A DNA stretch of 64,000 nt from Pseudonocardiales bacterium (GCA_032230565.1 JAVXWL010000102.1:21743-85742); one strand, 5' to 3'; positions 1 to 10,150 are shown, counted from the first letter of the stretch. Translations and numbers: made by a program. Notes: generated from the letters alone by a model not told the origin.

Positions 1-552
1 CGGATGGTGACCGAGACCGTCACAGCGTTCGGCGGCCTGGACATCCTGGTCAACAACGCCGGAATCGAAAAGCAGATCCCGCTGCTGGAGACATCGCAGC
101 AAGACTGGGAGCGAATTCTGCGGACCAACCTCACTGGTACCTTCCTGTGCCTACGGGAGGCCGGAAAGGTCATGGCCGACGCCGGCGGTGGGGTGATCGT
201 CAACATGTCCAGCGTGCACGAGTTCATTCCCTGGCCCGGCTTCGCGCCCTATTGCGCCAGCAAAGGCGGCGTCAAGCTATTGATGGAGACCGCCGCCCGC
301 GAACTCGCCCCGAAAAATATCCGTGTGATCAACGTCGCTCCAGGCGCCATCATCACGCCGATCAACAAGTTCGTCCTGGATGACCCCGAGGCCAAACACG
401 CGGTGGAAGAGGAGATCCCTCTGGGGCGGATGGGTGAGCCCGAGGAAATCGCGGCGGCGGTGGTCTGGGCGGCCAGCGGGGAGGCGAGCTACGTCACCGG
501 CACAACCATTGTTGTCGACGGCGGAATGTCGCTGTATCCCAAATTCGTTTAG
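1..552 (+). CDS. short-chain dehydrogenase/reductase (glucose-1-dehydrogenase-like), 5' end outside window
   Basis: The ORF is open to the window edge. It shows LVNNAGI, the catalytic Y-x3-K (YCASKGG) and NVAPGAIITP, a classical SDR layout. Confidence 0.8.
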   Translation, partial: RMVTETVTAFGGLDILVNNAGIEKQIPLLETSQQDWERILRTNLTGTFLCLREAGKVMADAGGGVIVNMSSVHEFIPWPGFAPYCASKGGVKLLMETAARELAPKNIRVINVAPGAIITPINKFVLDDPEAKHAVEEEIPLGRMGEPEEIAAAVVWAASGEASYVTGTTIVVDGGMSLYPKFV

Positions 553-1469
553 CCGGCGCTGAGCCGTACGCCCCAGCGGCTCGTGACCGCCTCACCCGGT
601 GCGAGCCGGCGAACTCCCTGCCCGGACTGGAAGGCGTTGGGCGGGCAGGTCATCGGCTCGGCCCCCAAACCGAGGCGGCGACGGTCCGGGCGCAGCGTGT
701 CGCCGGTGTAGAGCTCGACGATCGGATAGGTGCCGTCGACCCACAGCTCGACCCGGCGACCATCCGGCCCCGCCAACCGGACCCATGCCAGCCCGGCCTC
801 GTCACGGGCGAGGTCGGTGAAGGCGAAATCGATCCGCAAGTCGCCCAACGTGCGAGGATGGGAGAAATCGAAACGCCCCCCGGCCACCGGCTCGACGCCG
901 GTTGGCAGCTGACGGGTCTGGTCGGTGACGATCCGAGTGCCGGCCGTGAGGCTCAGCACGGCATCGTCGATGACGCCGCTGCCCGGTGAGAGGTAAGGAT
1001 GCTGCCCGGCGCCATACGGGCAACTGCGGTCACCCCGGTTGGTCGCCGTCGTGGTGACCGTCAAGCCGGCGTCATCGAGGCGGTAGTCCACCTCGACATC
1101 GAGCAGGAACGGGTAGCCGGTCAGCGGATGCAGCCGGGTTCCCATGGTGACCCGGTTGGGTTCCTCGTGGACCGCGTCCCACGACCGCCAGCGCAGAAAA
1201 CCGTGGATCGCGTTGCTTTTCTCCGGTTCGGTGATCGCCACCTGATGGTCGACACCGTCGAACCGGTACCGACCATCGGCCAGCCGATTGGGCCAGGGCA
1301 CCAACGGAGCACCGTGCGCGCCATCGCACATCGCATCCAGCGGGTAGGGGTCGAGAACCGCCCGCTCACCGACGCGGTACTCGCGCACCCCGCCGCCGAC
1401 CTCCACCACCACGGCGACCTGCTCGCCATGCCGGATTTCGTACTGCCGCCCCGACGGTGGAATGCTCAT
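549..1469 (-). CDS. aldose 1-epimerase (galactose mutarotase-like) family protein
   Basis: 306 aa. The N-terminal pattern PWPNRLADGRYRFDG...HGFLRW is typical of this family. It has a 4-bp convergent overlap with the SDR stop. Confidence 0.65.
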   Translation of the reverse strand: MSIPPSGRQYEIRHGEQVAVVVEVGGGVREYRVGERAVLDPYPLDAMCDGAHGAPLVPWPNRLADGRYRFDGVDHQVAITEPEKSNAIHGFLRWRSWDAVHEEPNRVTMGTRLHPLTGYPFLLDVEVDYRLDDAGLTVTTTATNRGDRSCPYGAGQHPYLSPGSGVIDDAVLSLTAGTRIVTDQTRQLPTGVEPVAGGRFDFSHPRTLGDLRIDFAFTDLARDEAGLAWVRLAGPDGRRVELWVDGTYPIVELYTGDTLRPDRRRLGLGAEPMTCPPNAFQSGQGVRRLAPGEAVTSRWGVRLSAG

Positions 1470-1565
1470 GTGACCTCAGGCTAGTGGCCGACCCACCAAA
1501 CGACACTGAGCGCCTAAAGTCTCAGGTCACACGCGGATCCCGGCGCCGAAGCCAGGAGGTGGGTA

Positions 1566-4500
1566 GTGCAAAACCTCCGGGTGCGAGTCCTGGGCGATCT
1601 TCAGGTGGAAGGGTGCGATCCGGCGCATCTGGGCCGCCGTCAGGTGCGCAGACTGCTCAAGGTCCTCGCCCTCTATCACGACCGGCCCGTCGGGCTGGAC
1701 CGGCTGGTCGACTGCCTGTGGGGCGACGATCCCCCGGCGCGACCCGCTGATCAGCTCTCGGTGCTGGCCAGCCGGCTGCGTGGGGTGCTCGGTGCTGATC
1801 GGGTTCGACGCAACGATGCCGGCTACTCGTTGGCGGTTGACTGGCTCGATCTCGACGCGCTCCGGGAGTACGCGGAACAGGCCGATCGCCGGCTGGCCGC
1901 AGCTGCGGTCGGAGCCGCCCGAACGGCAGCCGCAGCCGGGCTCGCGCTGGTCCGGGGACCGCTGCTCGCCGACGAACCCGACGCCCGGTGGGCCGAGTCG
2001 GAACGCTCGGCCGCCGGTCTAGTCGTCTTGCGCCTGCGCCACGCCGCCGCCGCGGCAGCCCTGGCGGCCGGCGACTTCGCGAGCGCCGCTGAGCTGGCCA
2101 GCCAGCTGCTGGCGGCCGACCCCTATGACGAGACGGCATTGCGGGCGCTGATGGAGGCGCTGACCCGATCGGGCCGCCCGGCGTCGGCGTTGGCCGCCTA
2201 CTCCGGAGCCCGCGAGCGCCTGGCCGAGGACTTAGGGGTCGGTCCGTCCACCGAGACTGAGGCGCTGCACACCGCGATACTGCTCGATGAGCTTCCCGCT
2301 GTCCGAGTGCCGGACGGGTCCCCCGTCACCACCTCCGTTGAGCTGCCGGGGCGCGCCGGTGCGCTCAGCGAGCTCGATGCTTTGTTCCAGCGCGTCGAGC
2401 GTGGACGCGGCCAGGTGGGAGTGGTCGAGGGTGATGCCGGCATCGGCAAGTCACGGTTGCTGGGGGTCTGGAGTGACCGGTTGGCCGCTCGGGGAGTGCG
2501 AGTGGTGCCGGTGGCGGGCGACGAGCTCGGTCGAGCACTGCCGTTGCAACCGCTCCTCGACGCAGTGGATGAGCTCGTACGCCACGCTGGCAACGGCGGC
2601 GCCGACCAGGTTCTAGGCCCCGATATCGCCATTCTCGGACCGTTGATCGGCGGCCACACCGAACCGGCCGGGGCAGCTGCGCTCGCCGCCCTCACCGACC
2701 CCGGCGCTGGCCAGGCGCTGCTGTTCGCGGCGCTGTTCAGCGTCCTGCGACGGCAGGCGGAACGTGAGCCGCTGGTGCTGGTCATCGATGACGTCCATCT
2801 CGCCGATACCGCCACCACGAGATGGCTCGGCCAGGCGGTGCGCCGCCTGGCCGACAGTCGCGTCGCTGTCATCGCCGCCCGCCGGGCCGAGGAAGGAGTT
2901 CCGCTGCCCGGTGTGACGACCATTGCCTTGGGTCCGCTGGATCTCGACGCCGCCGTCGTGATCGTCGGGCCCGATCGCGCCGCGCAGCTACACACCCGCA
3001 GCGGCGGGCACCCCCTGTTTCTGGTCGAACTGGCAGCCGCTGACGCCGACAACGCGCTGCCAGTCAGCATCCGGCGGGCCGTCGACGAGCGTTGCGCTCG
3101 CAGTGGAGCCGCGGCAGCCACGTTGCGCGCCGCCGCGGTGATCGGTCCCGAGATCGACCTTGACCTCCTCGCGGCGGCGACCGGCACCGCACCCGGGGAG
3201 CTGCTCGACCATCTGGAGGAAGGGGTGCGACGGCGGTTCCTCGTCGAGCAGGGCCCGAGGTTCACCTTCGCCCACGCGTTGGTACGCGAAGCGCTGGCTT
3301 GCGCAGTGGGGGCGTCCCGAACCGCTTACATCCACCGGGCGGCGGCTCGGGCGCTTGGCGCCCGGCCCGGTGCGGACCCGCTGGTGGTGGCCCGGCACGC
3401 CCGCCTGGGGGGCGAGCTGGCGGAGGCCTCGACCATGTTGGTGACCGCGGCGCGGCTGGCGGTGGCCCGATTCGATCAGCGGGAGGCGCTGCGCCTGCTG
3501 GACGAGGCGGTATCCCTGCACGACACGGTCGGCGCTCGCCTCGAGCGGGCCCGGGTGTGCTCGATGCTGGCCCGCTACGACCAGGCCTCCGAGGACATCG
3601 AGGTTGCCCGGTCCTGGGGCGCCGGAGCTGAGGCGCTGGAGGTGGCCGCGTGGTCGGCCCACTTGCAACGCCGCTTCGACCAGGCGCTCACCCTCGCCGA
3701 TCAGGGTGCACAGCAGGCCACCGACGTCGACCTGCGCACCAGCTGCCTGGCCCTCGGTGGCTGGGTGTCGCTGGTCTCCGGCGATCTCGGTGGCGCCGCA
3801 CACCGCCTCGAGGGCGCAGCCGGCGCAGCACCTGCGGCCAGTGGCCGGATGGTCGAAGCCTGGTTGGCGTGGCTACGGGTGAATCAGGGCCGCCCGGCTG
3901 AGACCCTGCGGCTGGTGAAGCAACACGACGGCGAAGGACTCGCTGCTTACCGGTTCCCCAACGCCTACGCCCTGATGGCGGCCACCATGGCGTTGGGAAT
4001 GCTGGGACGTGCCGAGGAGGCACTGGCCACGCTGGACGCGCTCGATGCTGACGTGGTGCGGATGGGCGCTGCGCGGTGGACGGCACGACCGCTGAACCTA
4101 CGTGGGTGGATCCTGCGCAACCTCGGTGAGCGCACTGCCGCCGACGAGCTCAACCAGGCGGCCCTCGAGGCCGCCCGCCCACGAGCACTAACCGAGCCGC
4201 TAGCCCACGCGCTGCTCGACCTGGCCTCGGGGCGGTTGCTGACCGATGACCTCCACGCGGCAGGCAAGCTGCTCGACGAGGCCACCGCGCTCGCCGAAGT
4301 CGAGCATGCTTTTCGCTGGCGCCACCAACTGCGCAGCCGGCTGGTCCGCGCCCGCCTCGACCTGGCCCTGGGCGACGCCGAGGCTGCGTTGACCGGCGCC
4401 GAGTCTCTCGCCGTCGACGCCGCCGCCCTCGGCGCACCCCGCTACCACGCCCAAGCTCGGCTGGTTGCGGCCACGGCGGCACACCGCGCGGGTCGCGTCG

Positions 4501-4712
4501 TCGACCTGGACGAGGTAGGTCGGCTGCTGTTGCGGCTCGACGAGGTGGCCGGTCTCGAAGCGTGGTGGATCACCGGCGAGGTGGCTGCGGCGTTCGGCGT
4601 CGGCGCGTGGGAAGACCTGGCCCGGCGCCGGGTCGGCAAACTCCGGACGCGGGCCGGCAGCTACACCGGCGCGCTGGAACGCGAAGCCACTCGCCGGCTG
4701 AGTTGGCGTTAG
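1566..4712 (+). CDS. large SARP/AfsR-type regulator: OmpR-like wHTH + BTAD + P-loop NTPase + TPR-like helical repeats
   Basis: 1048 aa with a GTG start. Domains seen: N-terminal LRVRVLGDLQVEG wHTH, a BTAD segment (DPYDETALRALMEAL), Walker A GDAGIGKSRLL, Walker B LVLVIDDVHLAD and a long Ala/Leu-rich repeat tail. Confidence 0.8.
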   Translation: MQNLRVRVLGDLQVEGCDPAHLGRRQVRRLLKVLALYHDRPVGLDRLVDCLWGDDPPARPADQLSVLASRLRGVLGADRVRRNDAGYSLAVDWLDLDALREYAEQADRRLAAAAVGAARTAAAAGLALVRGPLLADEPDARWAESERSAAGLVVLRLRHAAAAAALAAGDFASAAELASQLLAADPYDETALRALMEALTRSGRPASALAAYSGARERLAEDLGVGPSTETEALHTAILLDELPAVRVPDGSPVTTSVELPGRAGALSELDALFQRVERGRGQVGVVEGDAGIGKSRLLGVWSDRLAARGVRVVPVAGDELGRALPLQPLLDAVDELVRHAGNGGADQVLGPDIAILGPLIGGHTEPAGAAALAALTDPGAGQALLFAALFSVLRRQAEREPLVLVIDDVHLADTATTRWLGQAVRRLADSRVAVIAARRAEEGVPLPGVTTIALGPLDLDAAVVIVGPDRAAQLHTRSGGHPLFLVELAAADADNALPVSIRRAVDERCARSGAAAATLRAAAVIGPEIDLDLLAAATGTAPGELLDHLEEGVRRRFLVEQGPRFTFAHALVREALACAVGASRTAYIHRAAARALGARPGADPLVVARHARLGGELAEASTMLVTAARLAVARFDQREALRLLDEAVSLHDTVGARLERARVCSMLARYDQASEDIEVARSWGAGAEALEVAAWSAHLQRRFDQALTLADQGAQQATDVDLRTSCLALGGWVSLVSGDLGGAAHRLEGAAGAAPAASGRMVEAWLAWLRVNQGRPAETLRLVKQHDGEGLAAYRFPNAYALMAATMALGMLGRAEEALATLDALDADVVRMGAARWTARPLNLRGWILRNLGERTAADELNQAALEAARPRALTEPLAHALLDLASGRLLTDDLHAAGKLLDEATALAEVEHAFRWRHQLRSRLVRARLDLALGDAEAALTGAESLAVDAAALGAPRYHAQARLVAATAAHRAGRVVDLDEVGRLLLRLDEVAGLEAWWITGEVAAAFGVGAWEDLARRRVGKLRTRAGSYTGALEREATRRLSWR

Positions 4713-5500
4713 CTGGACTGGCTGCTCACGCGCCCGGCCAGTAGGACCGCCGCCGGCCGCCACCCTGGGGTGTGCGGCCGGACCGCCACGCGGGCTTGAC
4801 GGACGAGCTCGGCCCTCGCCGGCGGCTCAAGCGCATCCACCCAGGGCGCAATCTGCGGCGTGGCCAGGCGGTAGGCGACGACCGCCTGGGAATCGAGCAG
4901 GCCGAGGTCCTCGCGGTGCACCCAGGCCCGCACGGAGACCAGGCCCGCCTGTCGGGCGGTCGCGGCGAGTCGTTCCGGATTCCCGGATGCCTGCTCCACC
5001 TGCTCTTGCATCGCCTGGTACCAGGCGGGTGGGACCCACCCCCAGGAGGCCACGACCGCGTCGATTGCCGCTTTCGCGGAGTCACGCTGCCCCCCCGCCC
5101 AGGTCGAGGCGAGCACCACTCCCCCGGGACACACCACCCGGGCAAGCTCGGCCAGGGCTGCCGCCGGTGGTAGGTGATTGAGCAGGAACCCCGCGACGGC
5201 GGCGTCGAAGACATCGTCGCGCAACGGCAGCGCGAGCACGTCAGCCACCACCGCCGGCCAGCCCTGCGCGCTCCCGTAGCTGACCATCTCGGTAGATCTG
5301 TCAATGGCCACCACCCGAGCGCCGCGCGCCGCCGCGGCCTGCGTGACCGCGCCCGTCCCGCTCCCGACGTCGAGAACCAGGCACCCCGCCAGTGCCACCG
5401 GCGACGCTGCCACCAAGGACCGTGCCAGCGGTCGGTACACCACACCGGCCGCGGCATCCCATTCGCGCGCCAGGCCGTCGTAGGCGGTCGTCACAGCCAC
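4709..5500 (-). CDS. class I SAM-dependent methyltransferase
   Basis: Motif I is VLDVGSGTG, followed by the downstream LPLRDDVFDAAV and PGGVVL motifs. I trimmed the 372-aa ORF to the GTG at 5500 (or 5494). That start overlaps the upstream stop codon in a GTGA arrangement. Confidence 0.75.
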   Translation of the reverse strand: MAVTTAYDGLAREWDAAAGVVYRPLARSLVAASPVALAGCLVLDVGSGTGAVTQAAAARGARVVAIDRSTEMVSYGSAQGWPAVVADVLALPLRDDVFDAAVAGFLLNHLPPAAALAELARVVCPGGVVLASTWAGGQRDSAKAAIDAVVASWGWVPPAWYQAMQEQVEQASGNPERLAATARQAGLVSVRAWVHREDLGLLDSQAVVAYRLATPQIAPWVDALEPPARAELVRQARVAVRPHTPGWRPAAVLLAGRVSSQSS

Positions 5501-6477
5501 CGCGCGCCCTCGGCTGCCCGTGCCTCCCACCAGGCCAGTTCCGGGCCAGGGCCGCCGAGCGCTTTCTCCCACCCGAACTGGACCATCGTGGCGAGCAGCT
5601 CGAGCGCGACCGCGCCGTCCCACCAGCCGGCGGTGTCGATCCCGTGGCGTTGCAGCGCCTCCCGGTAGGAGGTGATCACCTGGTCGTTGGCCTCGGGGAG
5701 CAGGTCGGCGTTGAGCGCCAAATACCAGGACAGGTCCGCGATCGGCGACGCCTCCCCGGGAACTTCGCCGAAGTCGAGCAGCACCGTGCGCCCGTCTAAG
5801 TGGCTGCCCAGGTTGGCCGCCTTCCAATCACCGTGCACCAGCGTGTGCGGCACCGCGCCGAGGGCAGCGACCAGCGGGGCGGGGTCGTCGAGCAGTGGCA
5901 GCACCAGCTCGGCCAGCCGGGTGGACGCCGCGGGCAGCCTGTCCCAGCCCTGCGCCATCACCTTGGGCACCACCGCCGCGGAACCCCGGGCCGATTCGCC
6001 CTTGGCCACCGCGGGAGAGAACATCAAATATCGGATGGCCAGCGGGGTGAGCCCGACCTCATCGCGCCAGCCCCAGAATGCGGCGTGCAGCGCGGCCATG
6101 TGATCCACAAAGCGGAGGTGTTGCTCGGTCGAGAAGGGCCGGTCGGGCGGGAGCAGCTGTGCGGTGACGTCACGCAGCAGCACCCTGCCTACGGCACCGT
6201 CGAAGCTGCACGCCACCACCGCCGGGTCGATGACGTCAGGCATCCGTTCCAACAGCCCGACCTCCCACAAGCGAACGTAGCGCTCGCCAGGGTCCCCGGT
6301 GGCCCGCAGCAGCCAGTCGTCGCGGGGATCTTGATACTTCAGCACGTAGCGCTCGCCGTCGATGACGACCCGTTCAAAGCGTGCGCCCGATTTGGTGTCC
6401 TCGGGCACCCACGGCTGGCGGCTGCTGGCCGCCGCCAGCAGATCGTCCAGGCGGCCAACGGCCTCAGGCGGTGACAT
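5491..6477 (-). CDS. aminoglycoside/choline-kinase-like phosphotransferase family protein
   Basis: The Brenner-type catalytic motif reads LVHGDWKAANLG, followed by VLLDFG. I trimmed to the ATG at 6477 (MSPPEAV), which overlaps the upstream gene end by 14 bp. Confidence 0.7.
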   Translation of the reverse strand: MSPPEAVGRLDDLLAAASSRQPWVPEDTKSGARFERVVIDGERYVLKYQDPRDDWLLRATGDPGERYVRLWEVGLLERMPDVIDPAVVACSFDGAVGRVLLRDVTAQLLPPDRPFSTEQHLRFVDHMAALHAAFWGWRDEVGLTPLAIRYLMFSPAVAKGESARGSAAVVPKVMAQGWDRLPAASTRLAELVLPLLDDPAPLVAALGAVPHTLVHGDWKAANLGSHLDGRTVLLDFGEVPGEASPIADLSWYLALNADLLPEANDQVITSYREALQRHGIDTAGWWDGAVALELLATMVQFGWEKALGGPGPELAWWEARAAEGARWL

Positions 6478-6868
6478 CTGCGGCCTCGGCCATCTCGGCC
6501 AGCAAAGTCGCCGACCACCGTCCCCCGCACCACACCTGGTCTCTGGTGATCCGGCCATCAGTCACCTCGACGATGTGGGCCTGGTGGACGGCACAGGGGA
6601 CGCCTTCCTGCTCCCAACGAAGCGTGAACTCGACCAGCTCCCCGGTGGGCAGTGGGGTGCGTTTGAGCTCCTCGAAACTCCCCGCGCCGGCGTACCAGCG
6701 GGCCAACTCAGCCCGTACGGCGGCGTCACCCCGGACGCCGAAACGCCAGTGCGGCACCGTGGCGTCTAGCGTCACATCGGGGCTTAAGGCATCGCAGCCG
6801 GCCATCGCCGCACCCTCGATGGCTGCCAGGTACCGCTCAACGGGCCCATCGCTGCGGTCGTCAGACAT
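6464..6868 (-). CDS. NTF2/SnoaL-like fold small protein
   Basis: 134 aa. The ATG at 6868 is preceded by AGGAGG. The size and sequence pattern (ERYLAAIEG...VHQAHIVEVTDGRI) are typical of SnoaL-like proteins. Confidence 0.55.
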   Translation of the reverse strand: MSDDRSDGPVERYLAAIEGAAMAGCDALSPDVTLDATVPHWRFGVRGDAAVRAELARWYAGAGSFEELKRTPLPTGELVEFTLRWEQEGVPCAVHQAHIVEVTDGRITRDQVWCGGRWSATLLAEMAEAADVTA

Positions 6869-7031
6869 GGTGACCTCCTGTAGTCCCAGAACTGGTTCAG
6901 GGACCATCACGATGTCCCGGGCTCCTTGCCGCCGGCTTGCCACGGCTGCGGTCAACCGGTGGCAAGACGTGGCTGCATCGTTGTTCCCGTCGCCGGCGAT
7001 CGGTCCGGCGCACCATTCGTAGGAGGCGATC

Positions 7032-7388
7032 ATGGCAACAGCGGAGCAGAAGAACTTTGCCGCACCGGACGAGAGCCGCACTTTCGAGCGGGGACAACTC
7101 GACCTGCTCACCATCGGCGGCAGCGAGATCGGCCGTCTGACCCTCCATCCCGGCTGGCGATGGTCCGACCACATCAAGCCGATCGCCGGCACCGAGCTGT
7201 GCGAGGCACCGCACTTCCAGTACCACCTGCAAGGCACCCTGCACATCGTCATGGCCGACGGCGACGAGCTCGATGCCAGGCCCGGCGACGTCACCGCCCT
7301 GCCGCATGGTCACGACGCCTGGGTGGTCGGCGACGAGCCGGTTGTCGTCGTCGACTGGTGGGGCGCCTCGCACTACGCCAAGGAGTAA
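7032..7388 (+). CDS. cupin domain protein
   Basis: 118 aa. The beta-barrel pattern reads GRLTLHPGWRWSDH ... ALPHGHDAWVVGDEP. Confidence 0.65.
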   Translation: MATAEQKNFAAPDESRTFERGQLDLLTIGGSEIGRLTLHPGWRWSDHIKPIAGTELCEAPHFQYHLQGTLHIVMADGDELDARPGDVTALPHGHDAWVVGDEPVVVVDWWGASHYAKE

Positions 7389-7428
7389 CCGCGCCACAGC
7401 AGTGTCCGGTGGGATAGCTTCGACGGTT

Positions 7429-9051
7429 GTGAGCCAAGACCCCTCGGTGAGCGCAACGCATGCATCCGACCTGATCACCGCCTACCTCGACTGGTATTTC
7501 GATCAGCATCCGGTGCATGCCGACGCGCTCGGTGCAACCGGGTACGGCCACCGGCTCGGTGACTTCGACGCCGCGGCCTTCAACACTCGCGAGCGGGAGA
7601 CCATCGGGTGGCTCGCTCGGTTCGAGGCCGAGCCGGCCGGGATCGACCGGGACCTCGTCGTCTCGACGCTGCGGGGCAATGTGTTGATGGCCGGCTGGCC
7701 GGCCTGGCGGCGCGACCCATCGGTCTATCTGGGCCCGGTGTTCGCCGGCTTGCTGTTGCCGTTTTTGCATCGGCTACGCCCTGAGCCGGAGCTGGTGGAC
7801 GGGGCGTTGGCGCGGTTGGCGGAGGTTCCCCAGGTGCTCGCATCGTGCCGGGCCAACCTCGATCCGGCGCTGTCGGCTCCACGGCTGGTCCGTCGCGCTC
7901 TCGGGCAGGCCGCGGCCGGCCCGGCGTTTCTCCGCGATTCGCTGCCTGCCGAGGTCAACGACCCCGTACTGCGGGACCGTCTGCAGGACGCGGCCGTCCC
8001 GGCGGTACAGGCTTTTGAGGAGACCATCGAATTCCTCACCGACTTCGCCGAGCGCGCCACGGGTGACTGGCGGACTGGTGAAACGCTGTACTCAGCACTC
8101 TTACAGCAACGTGAGCTGCTCGGCTACGGGGCCGGTGACCTGCACCGCCGGGGCGTCGATGCCTGGGACGCGCTCGATACGCAGATGCGGGAACTGGCGC
8201 CTCGGGTCCCGGGTGGCAGCGCCGACTGGCGGGCCACCATGGAGGCCCTGCAGGGCGACCACCCGCCCACACTGCAGGCGATGCGCGCGGAATATGAGGC
8301 TGAGACCGCGCGGGCCCGAGCGTTCCTGGCCGACCATGAGCTGGTGACCTTCGCCGAAGGCGAGCAGTGCCGGGTGGTGCCTGCACCCGCCTACCAACGC
8401 CCGATTATGGCCGTGGCGTCGTACCTGCAACCACCGCCGCTGACCCGGTCTCGCATCGGCCACTTCTTCGTGCCCTACACCCCGGACGGCGCCACCGCGG
8501 AAGAGATCTCCCAGCGGCTGCGAACCAACGCCCGCGCGCAGCTGCCCACCATCTCCGTGCATGAGGCCTACCCAGGGCACCACTGGCAGCTGTCGTGGGC
8601 AGCCGAAGCGACTCCGGTGGCGCGAAGTGTGCGGGCGGTGCACCGGAGCAGCTACTTCGCGGAGGGCTGGGCACTGTACGCCGAGGGCATGATGCGCGAG
8701 CAGGGATACTTCGCCGATCCGGCGCACGAACTCGCACACCTCGACGCCCGGATCTTCCGGGCGGCCCGGATGATGGTGGACACCGCGTTGCATTGCGGGG
8801 ACATGGACCCCGCTCAAGCTGAGGAGTTCATGCTCACGCACGCGTCGCTGTCCCCGGGCACCGCCAAAGCCGAGGTCGACCGGTACTGCGCCTGGCCGAC
8901 GCAGGCCCCGTCCTACCTGACCGGCTGCCTGGAGATCGAGCAGCTGCGCGCCCAGTGGCCCGGGGAACTCCGGCATTTCCACGACACGCTGGCCGGCTCC
9001 GGTTGTCTACCGCTCGGGCTGGCCAGGCGCGCTGTGACCGGTGACTCGTAA
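7429..9051 (+). CDS. DUF885 family (putative metallopeptidase-like) protein
   Basis: HEAYPGHHWQ is the characteristic DUF885 motif. I trimmed the ORF to the GTG at 7429, because the upstream part overlaps the cupin gene out of frame. Confidence 0.7.
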   Translation: MSQDPSVSATHASDLITAYLDWYFDQHPVHADALGATGYGHRLGDFDAAAFNTRERETIGWLARFEAEPAGIDRDLVVSTLRGNVLMAGWPAWRRDPSVYLGPVFAGLLLPFLHRLRPEPELVDGALARLAEVPQVLASCRANLDPALSAPRLVRRALGQAAAGPAFLRDSLPAEVNDPVLRDRLQDAAVPAVQAFEETIEFLTDFAERATGDWRTGETLYSALLQQRELLGYGAGDLHRRGVDAWDALDTQMRELAPRVPGGSADWRATMEALQGDHPPTLQAMRAEYEAETARARAFLADHELVTFAEGEQCRVVPAPAYQRPIMAVASYLQPPPLTRSRIGHFFVPYTPDGATAEEISQRLRTNARAQLPTISVHEAYPGHHWQLSWAAEATPVARSVRAVHRSSYFAEGWALYAEGMMREQGYFADPAHELAHLDARIFRAARMMVDTALHCGDMDPAQAEEFMLTHASLSPGTAKAEVDRYCAWPTQAPSYLTGCLEIEQLRAQWPGELRHFHDTLAGSGCLPLGLARRAVTGDS

Positions 9052-9060
9052 GCTGACGCC

Positions 9061-10035
9061 ATGCGGGCGATCCAGATCACCGAGACCGGGGGCCCCGAGG
9101 TCCTGCGCTTGGCCGAGCTGCCCGATCCATCGCCTGGACCCGGTGAGCTACTCGTCGAGCTCGCTGCAGCCGGCGTCAATTACATCGACACTTACCACCG
9201 CAGCGGTGCGTATCCGATGCCGCTGCCATTCATCCCCGGCTCGGAGGGTGCGGGCACCGTCACCGCCCTGGGGCCCGACGTCAGCGATGTTGCGGTCGGT
9301 GACCAGGTGGCTTGGGCGGGAAGCCCCGGCAGCTACGCCGAGCGTGCCGTGGTGCCCGCCGCTCAAGCCGTGCCGGTGCCCCAGGGCGTGGACATTGAAA
9401 TCGCCGGAGGCTGCCTGCTACAGGGCATGACTGCGCACTATCTCCTGGTGTCGGTGCACGCTGTGCAGCCCGGCGACACCGTGCTGATCCACGCGGCGGC
9501 AGGCGGGATGGGATTGCTGCTCACCCAGCTGGCCACCGCGCGTGGCGGCCGGGTGATCGGCACGGTGTCCACCGCTGAGAAGGAGCGGCTGGCCCGGGAG
9601 GCCGGGGCGGCCGAGGTGATCCGCTACACCGAGGTCGACTACCTGGCCGGCGAGGTCCGCCGGCTGACCGGTGGGGACGGCGTCGCCGCCGTCTACGACG
9701 GGGTGGGCGCCACGACGTTCGACGCCAGCCTCGCCTCGCTGCGCCGCCGCGGGATGCTCGCGCTGTTCGGCGCCGCCAGCGGGCCGGTGCCGTCGGTGGA
9801 CCCTCAGCGGCTGAACTCCGCCGGCTCGGTATTTCTCACCAGGCCGAAACTGGCGGACTATGTCGCCACCCGAAAGGAACTCATCTGGCGCGCCGGTGAG
9901 GTGTTCGACGCGATCCTCGACGGGTCACTCGGGATCCGCATTGGCGGCCGCTACCCGCTCGCCGAGGCCGGCCGGGCCCATCAAGACCTGCAAAGCCGTC
10001 GCACCACCGGAAAGCTCTTGTTGCTGCCCCGCTGA
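9061..10035 (+). CDS. qor: NADPH:quinone oxidoreductase (zeta-crystallin-like MDR)
   Basis: 324 aa with PFIPGSEGAGTV, the nucleotide-binding motif AAAGGMG and a KLLLLP C-terminus. Its position relative to ctaB/tkt matches mycobacterial qor. Confidence 0.8.
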   Translation: MRAIQITETGGPEVLRLAELPDPSPGPGELLVELAAAGVNYIDTYHRSGAYPMPLPFIPGSEGAGTVTALGPDVSDVAVGDQVAWAGSPGSYAERAVVPAAQAVPVPQGVDIEIAGGCLLQGMTAHYLLVSVHAVQPGDTVLIHAAAGGMGLLLTQLATARGGRVIGTVSTAEKERLAREAGAAEVIRYTEVDYLAGEVRRLTGGDGVAAVYDGVGATTFDASLASLRRRGMLALFGAASGPVPSVDPQRLNSAGSVFLTRPKLADYVATRKELIWRAGEVFDAILDGSLGIRIGGRYPLAEAGRAHQDLQSRRTTGKLLLLPR

Positions 10036-10150
10036 AATGCCGCCCACCCACAGCAGAGCTGTTAGGTCGGCGGCGGACAGCGCTGCTGGAGTTCGGGAAC
10101 TGTAGGGGGTTGAGGGGAACGGCCGTCTGTCACCGTCTAGCCTGCCCAGC

